The notes beneath the pieces are model-generated. The model was not told the DNA's origin, made no database searches, and worked only from the letters and a program-made list of their open reading frames with translations. A program made the translations under genes and the position numbers. A stretch of 64,000 nt of DNA, from NCBI GenBank assembly GCA_013373015.1, contig JABXIQ010000001.1:2198-66197 (forward strand), read 5' to 3'. Of the stretch, positions 51,111 through 59,426 are shown piece after piece. Within the stretch, counting starts at the first letter, position 1; every line of letters starts with the position of its first letter. This DNA is from Kangiellaceae bacterium. Lineage in GTDB: Bacteria > Pseudomonadota > Gammaproteobacteria > Enterobacterales > Kangiellaceae.

Positions 51111-52142
51111 TTATTTAAGCTTCAACAATATTGCTTTTATTGAATCCCTTTTTGCTAGCAATAAATTATAGACAATTATTACGAATAGAAATGCAAGCAA
51201 TGAAACGGGTTCCGAAACATTCGTTTTATGTACATAAAAACCAATAAAAGCAAAAAGCAATGCAATGGCCGCTATAAATAATAAAGCATGCTTAGAATTA
51301 AAACCCAAATCCATAAATACATGATGTAAGTGTTCTCGATCTGCGACAAGAGGTGATTGACCTTTTTTTATACGTTTAAACATTACTGTCACCATATCTA
51401 TTAAGGGAACTGCAATAAACCACAAGACATGAGCAGGTTTAAGAACGGCCTCTTCCATTTGGCTGGATACAATTAACAACCATGCTGTCACCATTCCCAG
51501 CATCATACTACCAGCATCACCCATAAAAATTTTATTTTTCTTAGTTAAGAGTCCTAGATTAAACAATAAAAAAACTATAAGCGAAGCGGATAATACACCT
51601 ACTAACATTTGAATATTCGCATCAGGGACAATGAAACTTATAAAAATCAGACTTATAAGAGCTAAAACTCCCGCAAGTCCATCTATTCCATCCGTCATAT
51701 TAAACGCATTAATTCCTGCTAAAATTGCCATAATTGTAACAACACCTGCAGCGGGACCGGTAATCATATTACCAAACCCAAAAACATTTCCTAAATTGTC
51801 GATTTTATAATCTGTTCCAAAAGTTAATATAGCGGCAATTAAAACTTGAGCTACCAAACGCAACTTGGCATTTAAATCATAACGGTCATCAAGCATTCCA
51901 ATAAAAACTAACAAAGATATTGATATAATAATTAAATTTATGTGCTGACTGTCATTTATATACATGCTTATAGAAGTTAATGTCGCTAAATAAATTGCAA
52001 GCCCCCCTATTAGCGGTATATTACCAACATGCTGTTTCCTATTATCAGGCGTATCAACTAATCCCCAATTAACAGCAATTGGTCTTAACAAAAATACAGC
52101 TATAAAACAAACAATCGTAGAAACAATTAAACTATTATGCAC
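51111..52142 (-). CDS. wecA: undecaprenyl-phosphate HexNAc-1-phosphate transferase (WecA/MraY family)
   Basis: GTG start. The motifs are LDDRYDL, NMTDGIDGLAG and FMGDAGSMMLG. 343 aa, polytopic. Confidence 0.85.
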   Translation of the reverse strand: MHNSLIVSTIVCFIAVFLLRPIAVNWGLVDTPDNRKQHVGNIPLIGGLAIYLATLTSISMYINDSQHINLIIISISLLVFIGMLDDRYDLNAKLRLVAQVLIAAILTFGTDYKIDNLGNVFGFGNMITGPAAGVVTIMAILAGINAFNMTDGIDGLAGVLALISLIFISFIVPDANIQMLVGVLSASLIVFLLFNLGLLTKKNKIFMGDAGSMMLGMVTAWLLIVSSQMEEAVLKPAHVLWFIAVPLIDMVTVMFKRIKKGQSPLVADREHLHHVFMDLGFNSKHALLFIAAIALLFAFIGFYVHKTNVSEPVSLLAFLFVIIVYNLLLAKRDSIKAILLKLK

Positions 52143-52156
52143 TTTACAATCCTAAT

Positions 52157-53107
52157 TTATCTGTACTTCCTAACAACTGCCTGTAGCAAAACTATCATTA
52201 ATGATATTAAGCCACCTAAAAGGGTTCCAATTATACAAATAAGAGCTCTAGATGGCTTATCTTTCTCTTCAGGTATTTTAACTTCACTAATTTTTTTAAA
52301 AACAAACTCATCTGATACCTGTGCTAACATTTTTGTCTTATGTTGCTCTTGAACCAACTCACCAAAAACAGTCTTAATTTCTGCAATTGACGTCTGCCCT
52401 ATCTGCGACTCTAAATATTGAATTCTCTTGTTGGCTTCGTCCAATGCTTGATTTTTCATAATCTGATTAATTTCTTGAATCAAAAGATCCGTCCATTGTT
52501 TTGCAATATAAGGTGAGTAATGAGTTATCGAAATATTAACCAGTCCTGTTTCATTGTTTTGATCAACTATTAATCGACTTCTGTACTCTTCAAAAAGTTC
52601 CCAACTTGTAGGTTCAACAGTTTTCCCTTTTGGAGCATCACGAACCCAACTTTTAGTATTTTGATTATATTTTTCATCATCAATGATTAATTGATTCTTT
52701 GACTGGTCCCATCCTCTTGCTGCTAATAAAGGGACAGCCAGATCATACTTTGCGATAAAATTTTCGGCAAAGCCCCAGCTTTTCAATAATTCCATAGCCA
52801 CTATTGAATTCGATGCCCCGCTAGAATTAAAGCCAACCCCAGCCAATGAAGCTAAACCACCTAACTGAGAAGACAGTGCTCCAAAAGAGTCTTTGCCTTC
52901 ACTTTCAATAGGCTTTACAACTGCAGTAGCCTTATATTCATTAGGAAGATATATAGCCAGCCCTACCGACGATATTGCAAATAAGAAAGTGATAACTATT
53001 ATTATCCATTTTCCTTTCCATAGAATGGAAAAAATTTCTCCAACATCAATACCATACTGCTGGTAATGATTGTTTGCATCCGTGATTTCTTGATTTATTT
53101 GTGTCAT
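52157..53107 (-). CDS. wzz: chain-length determinant protein (Wzz/PCP-1 type, no kinase domain)
   Basis: 316 aa. A TM helix near the N-terminus (WIIIVITFLFAISSVGLAIYL) is followed by PNEYKA. The periplasmic region is coiled-coil, and a C-terminal TM helix is followed by RKYR. No Walker A motif or Tyr-rich tail. Confidence 0.8.
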   Translation of the reverse strand: MTQINQEITDANNHYQQYGIDVGEIFSILWKGKWIIIVITFLFAISSVGLAIYLPNEYKATAVVKPIESEGKDSFGALSSQLGGLASLAGVGFNSSGASNSIVAMELLKSWGFAENFIAKYDLAVPLLAARGWDQSKNQLIIDDEKYNQNTKSWVRDAPKGKTVEPTSWELFEEYRSRLIVDQNNETGLVNISITHYSPYIAKQWTDLLIQEINQIMKNQALDEANKRIQYLESQIGQTSIAEIKTVFGELVQEQHKTKMLAQVSDEFVFKKISEVKIPEEKDKPSRALICIIGTLLGGLISLMIVLLQAVVRKYR

Positions 53108-53125
53108 TAAAATTTCCGATTCTTT

Positions 53126-54583
53126 CTAAAGCTTAATTTTCCAAGACAATGATATATTGTATTTTTCTTTCTGATAACCAAAGGTATCTATAGTTTTATC
53201 TTTTACTTCTATTTGAGCCCCAATCAAACCGTACTTAGTTGTATTTAGATAGTGAAACTCTATCTGGTTAAACTTAATATTTGTTGTTGAAATACTATGC
53301 TCTTCACCGACACCATCACTATTCATGTTTACATTAGTAAGTTTTAATTTATATTTATCCCCATTCTTATGTGTCGCGATAAGTCCTAAGCCCACACTCT
53401 GTGAATCGTTATCAAATGTCGAGCCTAAGCTTCTTAGTTCTGTACGGTAACCTGTACGATAAATAGCATTGTTATATGTTAAATTTGTTCTATATTCATT
53501 TTCAGTATCGGCATACTCAATATATGAAGAAATATCCAAATCCCCCAACTGAAAGTCTGTAGAGTAACCGAATTGATAAATTTTCCTTGAAGGTAGATAA
53601 CCCGCCTCATCTTCACCTATTAATTGACCGTACAAGGAACCATAATATTTTTTTGTCGGAATTCTCCATTTAAAATCTATACCAGCCAACTGATTACCTG
53701 GCTCATTACTTCTGTCAGCTCCACAACCACCTTCAAGCTCATCACAATTATCTCTGCCAATAAGCAAATTAAAAAAGTTAGACAAGTTTTGAGGTCGTCC
53801 TTCCCCACCCCACTGAGCAGTTCTTCTTAAACCAATTTCCAAAGAATTAAATGGCTTGAAATTAACACTCATTCCTAATAACTTCGCATGTGGAACATGG
53901 CGGTCACTTTCTAATTGACCAATAAAAGCATTAAAGGTCCATGGACCTATCCATGATAACCAAGGAGACTCAAATGCGTCTGAATAATTACGCTGAATAG
54001 ATAATGCAGGAACAGGGCGAGCATTATTAGATAATATTAATGAAGTATCCCATCCAGAGCCATACCAACGCTCTTGAGCCCCAGCTGACAGAATCCAATT
54101 ACCCCATACAGCTGCAATATATGAATGATCCAACCTGTTTTCTTCTCCATCAATAGGATCAAAGGCTCTTGTTGCTTCAATATTCCATGCGAAATTTTTG
54201 CTTACGCCAGTATTTTTTGTTGTGATTTCAGCCTTTTCACGTCTATCGTCACCATAGTGACGAAGGATTTTTCCTTGATTACCAGCTTTTAGAATTAAGA
54301 AACTGTTGCTCTCGTGCTTAGTTTCAAAACGTGCTCGCCTTTTGACACGCATATAAATAGGCATTACCTTATTAGATAATAACTGGTTATCTACCTCTTC
54401 AAGATCACGTACTATCGGAGCCCACATCAAAGGCCAAGTAGTAATTGGCACCTTGATTACACCATGATTTGCTAACGCTTCAATATCCGCACGTAGCCAT
54501 GGATCGCGTGTATCAATCCAAGGCTCTGCTAAAACAGTAAAACTAGTTAACAGCAAGGCTAAAGACACGAAAACTTTTTGCAT
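53126..54583 (-). CDS. wzi: capsule assembly outer-membrane protein Wzi
   Basis: 485 aa with a signal peptide. Long collinear matches to remembered Wzi segments include TWPLMW, SPWLSWIGPW, VPHAKLLG, WGGEGRPQNLSNF, NEPGNQLAGIDFKW and GQLIGEDEAGYLPS. Confidence 0.85.
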   Translation of the reverse strand: MQKVFVSLALLLTSFTVLAEPWIDTRDPWLRADIEALANHGVIKVPITTWPLMWAPIVRDLEEVDNQLLSNKVMPIYMRVKRRARFETKHESNSFLILKAGNQGKILRHYGDDRREKAEITTKNTGVSKNFAWNIEATRAFDPIDGEENRLDHSYIAAVWGNWILSAGAQERWYGSGWDTSLILSNNARPVPALSIQRNYSDAFESPWLSWIGPWTFNAFIGQLESDRHVPHAKLLGMSVNFKPFNSLEIGLRRTAQWGGEGRPQNLSNFFNLLIGRDNCDELEGGCGADRSNEPGNQLAGIDFKWRIPTKKYYGSLYGQLIGEDEAGYLPSRKIYQFGYSTDFQLGDLDISSYIEYADTENEYRTNLTYNNAIYRTGYRTELRSLGSTFDNDSQSVGLGLIATHKNGDKYKLKLTNVNMNSDGVGEEHSISTTNIKFNQIEFHYLNTTKYGLIGAQIEVKDKTIDTFGYQKEKYNISLSWKIKL

Positions 54584-57066
54584 TAGAAACTCTTAACTGC
54601 AGCAGCGCCTAAAGCTAATTGGTACACGACTTGGCTTACACGAGTCCATAACTCTAACTGATCAACCCGATCCGTATCAATTGGTACAACAATGGTATCA
54701 CCTGGTTCAACTTGATGATCACCATGGGTTAACCAACCACTTTTATTTGGTAGCACCAATGAGCCATCAGCTTTAACGATATAAATTGAATCTTCATCCG
54801 CGGTATTTTTTTCACCACCACTTCGCTCAATATAATCAGCGAAATCTAATTTTTCATTATGAACATGCGATGTCGGCACCTGCACTTCACCCAAAACAGT
54901 GACTTCTTGTCTAAATGCAGGAATATGCAACTTATCACCATTAAGAAGCTCAATATCAGCAACTTCTTTATCTAATAAAGCTGGTAAGTCTATTACTAAG
55001 CGTCCTGTTGCTTCTGTTGAATCTAGAGTATCAACTAAACTGTCTAAAGCACTATAATCTGCTGATTTATTTGTAATCGAAGTTTTTTCTACTTTTTGCA
55101 CATCTATTTCTTGCTGTAGTCTATCGCGTAATTTTTGCAGTTCTTTTTGCTCACGTTTTCTTAGCTCTTCACGAGAAAAAACGGTAGCTTTAACATGTGC
55201 AAACTCTGTAAAACCACCCACTCTTTCAACTAACTGAGATAGAGTTTCACCGCGACGAATAGTATAAGTCCCAGGAAATTTAACTTCGCCAGTCACAGAA
55301 ACTTGAGCGGTCTCACGGTATTCAGGAGTTACTTTAATTTGCAACGTGTCATGCGGCTGTAACTTAAAACTAACCACACCTAAAAACTCTTGTTTTAAGT
55401 CAATTGGCATATGAATCACATTAGCTTGCTCAGGGTTTGACAAATCTTGGCGAGTTACTTCTGCAACCACTGAATAAGCGTCTTCTGTAAAACCACCACT
55501 TGCTTGAATTAGATCTGTTACACTCATACCTGAAGTAAGAGGATAGCGCCCCGGAAATTTTACTGACCCTTGTATCGCTACTGTTTTTTCTGGTGAAGTT
55601 AGTGATGACTGCCGCTTCAATAAATCAATAATATTCTCTAGTAGTGCATTTCGACTTTCAGAGTCTTTTGTTTTCTCTGCATTATTCAAAACAATAATCT
55701 GATCTCTTGCCTTAAGCACTAGATCAGCGGCTGATTTAGGTGTAGATAATACTTGTCTTAAATTAATTGAATAGGTTTCTATTTCTTTCAATAAGTCCGT
55801 TTCTCTTACTAATAAAGCAAAATCAATATTAGCATTAGGCTTTAGTAAATTAGCAGAACTAATCACATCACTGACTCGCATACCTTCCCGCCAAGCAATA
55901 TCTCCAGGACGATACGCATGACCATTTAAAGTCACAATATTTTCTTGTTTCTCTAACACTGGATAAATTTTAATCAAATCTCCATTTTGTAAACGCGTTG
56001 ATTTACCCTTATTTGATTTCAAATTTACATCAACAACTGTTTTATACCCTTGACTGTTTACACGCTCGACTCTTGCATCTTGTGGATATGCACTTGGCAG
56101 TAAGCCACCCGCTAAATTAACAAGTTCACCCAGAGTATTCTCATTTTTGATTTCATAAATGGCTGGACGCACCACTTCACCAGCAACTGCGGCGGTTTTC
56201 TTAACTGATGGAATAAAAATCACATCGCCTGCTTGAAGACGACGATCACGACGAGTGTCACCGCGTAACAATAAATCATACAAATCTAAGGTGGTAATTA
56301 GTTGACCATTTCTTTTAAGTTGGATATTACGTAACGAACCAACTTCTTTGACACCACCACTAACATACAGAGCATTCATAATGGTTGATAGAGAAGATAC
56401 AGTGTAAGCTCCTGGCTTGAAGGCCTCACCAAGAACAAAAATTTGCATGGAACGCAGCTCACCCATAGTAATGTTGGCTTGAACACCAATAATCTGCTCA
56501 TTAATTTGTTGAGTTAAAGATTCTTTTAATTCGGTATAAGAAAGACCTGCTACATTAATAGGCCCAAGTTCAGGGAATTGAATAGCACCATCGCGTCCCA
56601 CCTGCAATTCATAGCTACTATTCTCTTTACCGTAAAGTTGAACTTTAATCATATCACCAGGACCAACAATATAGTTTGCAGGAACAGGAATGTTGGCTAC
56701 TGGAGTATCGGAGGTAGGGATACCTGCAAAAAGATCATAACCAAACTTTTCTAACTCTTGATCAACCTTTTCAACATCTTTTGCTTCTTCTTGAGTTTCG
56801 CTAGTTTTCTCAAGTGGGAAACCAGCTAGTTCTCGAGGTAAAATCGCTCCATTAGAGCTTTGATTATTAACTTGCTGATTAGACTCGCTTTGACGTAAAG
56901 ATGCGCACATTGCATCCACATCATAACCAGCAGCTCGCGCCATCTGACGCTGCTGTTCAGTAGCATTTTCACAAAGCTGTTTTGCTTGTGATAAATCATT
57001 TGCTTTAACTGCGAAAGCAGCTGTTAAAGCAACCATTAAACTAAACAAGCCAATAATCTTTTTCAT
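54583..57066 (-). CDS. wza: large outer-membrane polysaccharide export protein (OPX/Wza-like, Poly_export plus multiple SLBB repeats)
   Basis: Trimmed to ATG 57066 (MKKIIGLFSLMVALTAAFAVKA), 4 nt after the cysQ stop. The Poly_export core is YIVGPGDMIKVQLYG...GPINVAGLSYTELKESL. It is followed by about 5-6 SLBB-like repeats (FPGRYPL..., FPGTYTI..., GDxIxIP). The signal peptide has no lipobox Cys. Confidence 0.85.
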   Translation of the reverse strand: MKKIIGLFSLMVALTAAFAVKANDLSQAKQLCENATEQQRQMARAAGYDVDAMCASLRQSESNQQVNNQSSNGAILPRELAGFPLEKTSETQEEAKDVEKVDQELEKFGYDLFAGIPTSDTPVANIPVPANYIVGPGDMIKVQLYGKENSSYELQVGRDGAIQFPELGPINVAGLSYTELKESLTQQINEQIIGVQANITMGELRSMQIFVLGEAFKPGAYTVSSLSTIMNALYVSGGVKEVGSLRNIQLKRNGQLITTLDLYDLLLRGDTRRDRRLQAGDVIFIPSVKKTAAVAGEVVRPAIYEIKNENTLGELVNLAGGLLPSAYPQDARVERVNSQGYKTVVDVNLKSNKGKSTRLQNGDLIKIYPVLEKQENIVTLNGHAYRPGDIAWREGMRVSDVISSANLLKPNANIDFALLVRETDLLKEIETYSINLRQVLSTPKSAADLVLKARDQIIVLNNAEKTKDSESRNALLENIIDLLKRQSSLTSPEKTVAIQGSVKFPGRYPLTSGMSVTDLIQASGGFTEDAYSVVAEVTRQDLSNPEQANVIHMPIDLKQEFLGVVSFKLQPHDTLQIKVTPEYRETAQVSVTGEVKFPGTYTIRRGETLSQLVERVGGFTEFAHVKATVFSREELRKREQKELQKLRDRLQQEIDVQKVEKTSITNKSADYSALDSLVDTLDSTEATGRLVIDLPALLDKEVADIELLNGDKLHIPAFRQEVTVLGEVQVPTSHVHNEKLDFADYIERSGGEKNTADEDSIYIVKADGSLVLPNKSGWLTHGDHQVEPGDTIVVPIDTDRVDQLELWTRVSQVVYQLALGAAAVKSF

Positions 57067-57070
57067 TCGA

Positions 57071-57853
57071 CTAACCTTGTACAATAAAATAAGGATTTAA
57101 TAACGACTCTTTGGTGTTATAGAGTAATTCTTCGTTTGTTTCATAATTAATACAACGCCCACCAGCTGCTACCACAACAGCATGAGCCGCAGCGGTATCC
57201 CACTCAGATGTTGGGCCAAGTCTAGGATATATATCTGCGGCACCTTCTGCAACTAAGCACAGTTTTAATGAACTACCCATTGGGATCATTTCAAAATCAC
57301 TGAATTGCTGCAAATAGGTTTGCATATCGTCAGAAGCATGTGAGCGCGATCCCACGATTTTAATCTTATTTAGCGGATTTATTGGAGCTGCACTTTGTAT
57401 TTTAACTGCCGAAGCATTTGCTACCTGCTTTTTGGCACCAATATCAGTGGAACCGAAATATAAAGTATCAAGCACAGGAGCATAAACCACCCCTAAAACA
57501 GGGTTATGCTTATAGATCAAAGCAATATTAACGGTAAACTCACCATTTTTCTTAATAAACTCTTTTGTTCCATCCAGAGGGTCTATCAACCAATAAGTTT
57601 CCCAAGACGAACGCTCTTGCCAGCTAATGGCTGAAGACTCTTCTGATAAAATGGGAATATCTGGGGTTAATGCCTCAAGTTGGGCAACTATATGGTGATG
57701 AGAAGCTAGATCTGCTTCAGTGAGAGGAGACTCATCTTTTTTTTCATAAATTTCGAAATCCTTTTGATAAATTTCGAGAATTTTTTTACCTGCATCTTTG
57801 GCTATTTGACAAATCTGCTGCAATTTTTCAGCTTGTAATAATATTTTATCCAT
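57071..57853 (-). CDS. cysQ: 3'(2'),5'-bisphosphate nucleotidase (PAP phosphatase)
   Basis: 260 aa with the inositol-monophosphatase-fold motifs ILSEES, WLIDPLDGTKEF and WDTAAAHAVV. Confidence 0.9.
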   Translation of the reverse strand: MDKILLQAEKLQQICQIAKDAGKKILEIYQKDFEIYEKKDESPLTEADLASHHHIVAQLEALTPDIPILSEESSAISWQERSSWETYWLIDPLDGTKEFIKKNGEFTVNIALIYKHNPVLGVVYAPVLDTLYFGSTDIGAKKQVANASAVKIQSAAPINPLNKIKIVGSRSHASDDMQTYLQQFSDFEMIPMGSSLKLCLVAEGAADIYPRLGPTSEWDTAAAHAVVVAAGGRCINYETNEELLYNTKESLLNPYFIVQG

Positions 57854-57871
57854 TGATAATCCTGTTTTATA

Positions 57872-57883
57872 TACGCTACCGCC
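57872..57883 (-). promoter_or_regulatory. ops (operon polarity suppressor) element, the RfaH recruitment site
   Basis: The minus strand reads GGCGGTAGCGTA. This is 11 of 12 identical to the E. coli ops GGCGGTAGCGTG, and the G12 position is A. It lies 18 nt upstream of the cysQ ATG, with an AGGA Shine-Dalgarno sequence in between. Confidence 0.7.
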
Positions 57884-57974
57884 CTTAGGTTATGGCTCCC
57901 AAAGTACCCAAATTCCGTTAGCTTGCTATTATTATTGTCCAGCTTACTGCTGTAACATCTCAGAAATTGGCGCT

Positions 57975-58002
57975 ATTATATAGCTTATTCATCAACTCTA
58001 AA
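57975..58002 (-). promoter_or_regulatory. candidate sigma70 promoter of the polysaccharide operon
   Basis: On the minus strand: TTTAGA (58002-57997), 16-nt spacer, TATAAT (57980-57975). It lies between the rfaH stop and ops. Motif match only. Confidence 0.3.
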
Positions 58003-58038
58003 ACCTTGTTTCTGTAATATAAGTGTAATAAATGGAAT

Positions 58039-58551
58039 TTATTTTTCTAATTTTATGACGGCACTATTGGCAAGCTCTAATTCAGTAATTTTCCCAAGCA
58101 CGTTCAGCAAAACTATTGAGCGCATCTCACCACTGGAGTTTTTGTAAACCCCCTCTAAATCCTTGAACGGTCCTTCGATAATTTGCACTTTTTCGCCTGA
58201 CTTTGGCGCGTTACTCTTTACCTTAACAGCACCTTTATCCATAAGTTGCAGTGTTTGCAATAATTGCGCAGGGACTTTAGCAGGAACGCCAGCAAATTTA
58301 ACAAAGTCACGCACTCCACGCGTAGAGCGTATTGTGGACCAGCCTTGGCCGTTAGTATTTAAACGAATAAAAATATAGTTAGGAAAAAGAGCCTCTGTAA
58401 GCTGCTTACGCTTACCTCTAATAATTTTTTCTAGTTCGATAGTAGGAAGGTAACTTTCTACGCCTTGATTAGCCAAATGCTCTTGTGCTCTAAGTTCTTG
58501 TTTGGCTTTACAATGCACTAGATACCATTGCATGCCTTGCTCAATACTCAT
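58039..58551 (-). CDS. rfaH: transcription antiterminator RfaH (NusG paralog)
   Basis: 170 aa. MQWYLVHCKAKQELRAQEHL parallels E. coli RfaH MQSWYLLYCKRGQLQRAQEHL. It also has LFPNYIFIR and a C-terminal KOW-like segment. The start may be the internal ATG 58533 (MQWYL...). Confidence 0.85.
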   Translation of the reverse strand: MSIEQGMQWYLVHCKAKQELRAQEHLANQGVESYLPTIELEKIIRGKRKQLTEALFPNYIFIRLNTNGQGWSTIRSTRGVRDFVKFAGVPAKVPAQLLQTLQLMDKGAVKVKSNAPKSGEKVQIIEGPFKDLEGVYKNSSGEMRSIVLLNVLGKITELELANSAVIKLEK

Positions 58552-58576
58552 AATCTTATCGTTTAGCCCATTGCAT

Positions 58577-59293
58577 TTACTTGTTAAACTCTTGATTTTT
58601 AAGATATAAATCTAAGATTAAGGCATCGAAACCTCTTTCATCATAAGTATTTTGAAAGTAGCTTTGCTTCATTTTTACAAAGCTAATACCTTGAAAACGA
58701 AAATCGTAAATCGACCAGTTCGAAAACTGTTGCGAAGAGTCCATTCCACCCTTTTCAACAACAAACTCTTGCTTATCACCTTCTTTATAAATTTTTAGAT
58801 CAATAGTGACATCGGGTAATTTAGGTAACTCCAGCAACACGGTTAACCAACCTTTGTTGGCTTTACCATTGAGCTGCAATCTCTCTACCACTGCTACCTG
58901 CCCCACATATTTGCTCATTACTTCAAACAAATATCTGCGCATAGTTTGTTCATACGCACTAACCAATTGATTTTGTTGGCTATTATCAAGCTCTGACCAA
59001 CGCTTTGCTCCCAGCATCGCGCGTACAGTATTTTTTGCAGACCAAACCGTTAATAACTCAGTATCAACAAAATCTATTAATAATTTAGGCTCAGACGCTA
59101 CTTTTTTATGGTTTTCAGCCATAAATTGGTTAATAACGTTCAGTTTGGCTACAAAATAATCTTTTAAAGCTTGATGGTGTGTTTTTTCTGATGCCTTAAC
59201 AGATTGAAAAACAAAGGAAATCAAGAAGAGTATTGTTAATAAAAATGGTTTTTGCATAGTCGATAATTGAAAAAATCCCTTATTATTGTCCAT
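58577..59293 (-). CDS. MlaC/Ttg2D-family periplasmic lipid-binding protein (divergent)
   Basis: It has a signal peptide. Hand alignment to MlaC pairs LIDFVDTELLTVWSAKNTVRAMLG with [21 protein letters not shown], and NWSIYDFRFQGISFVKMKQ with NWQAYDMIAEGVSMITTKQ. Confidence 0.6.
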   Translation of the reverse strand: MDNNKGFFQLSTMQKPFLLTILFLISFVFQSVKASEKTHHQALKDYFVAKLNVINQFMAENHKKVASEPKLLIDFVDTELLTVWSAKNTVRAMLGAKRWSELDNSQQNQLVSAYEQTMRRYLFEVMSKYVGQVAVVERLQLNGKANKGWLTVLLELPKLPDVTIDLKIYKEGDKQEFVVEKGGMDSSQQFSNWSIYDFRFQGISFVKMKQSYFQNTYDERGFDALILDLYLKNQEFNK

Positions 59294-59426
59294 AAAACGT
59301 GCGGCACATTATATTGATCAAAACTTAATCATCACTTAACAAACATAATCCACATCGGATTATACTGCGATTGTAACATTTTTCGTAGCTTAGACGCGAT
59401 AGGTTGGTGACTAGTGACAAAGCACA

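Noticed and set aside
58039-58551. The NusG-like ORF being housekeeping NusG
   Set aside because: There is no secE/rplK-rplA context. The length (170 aa) and N-terminus match RfaH, and a cognate ops lies immediately downstream.
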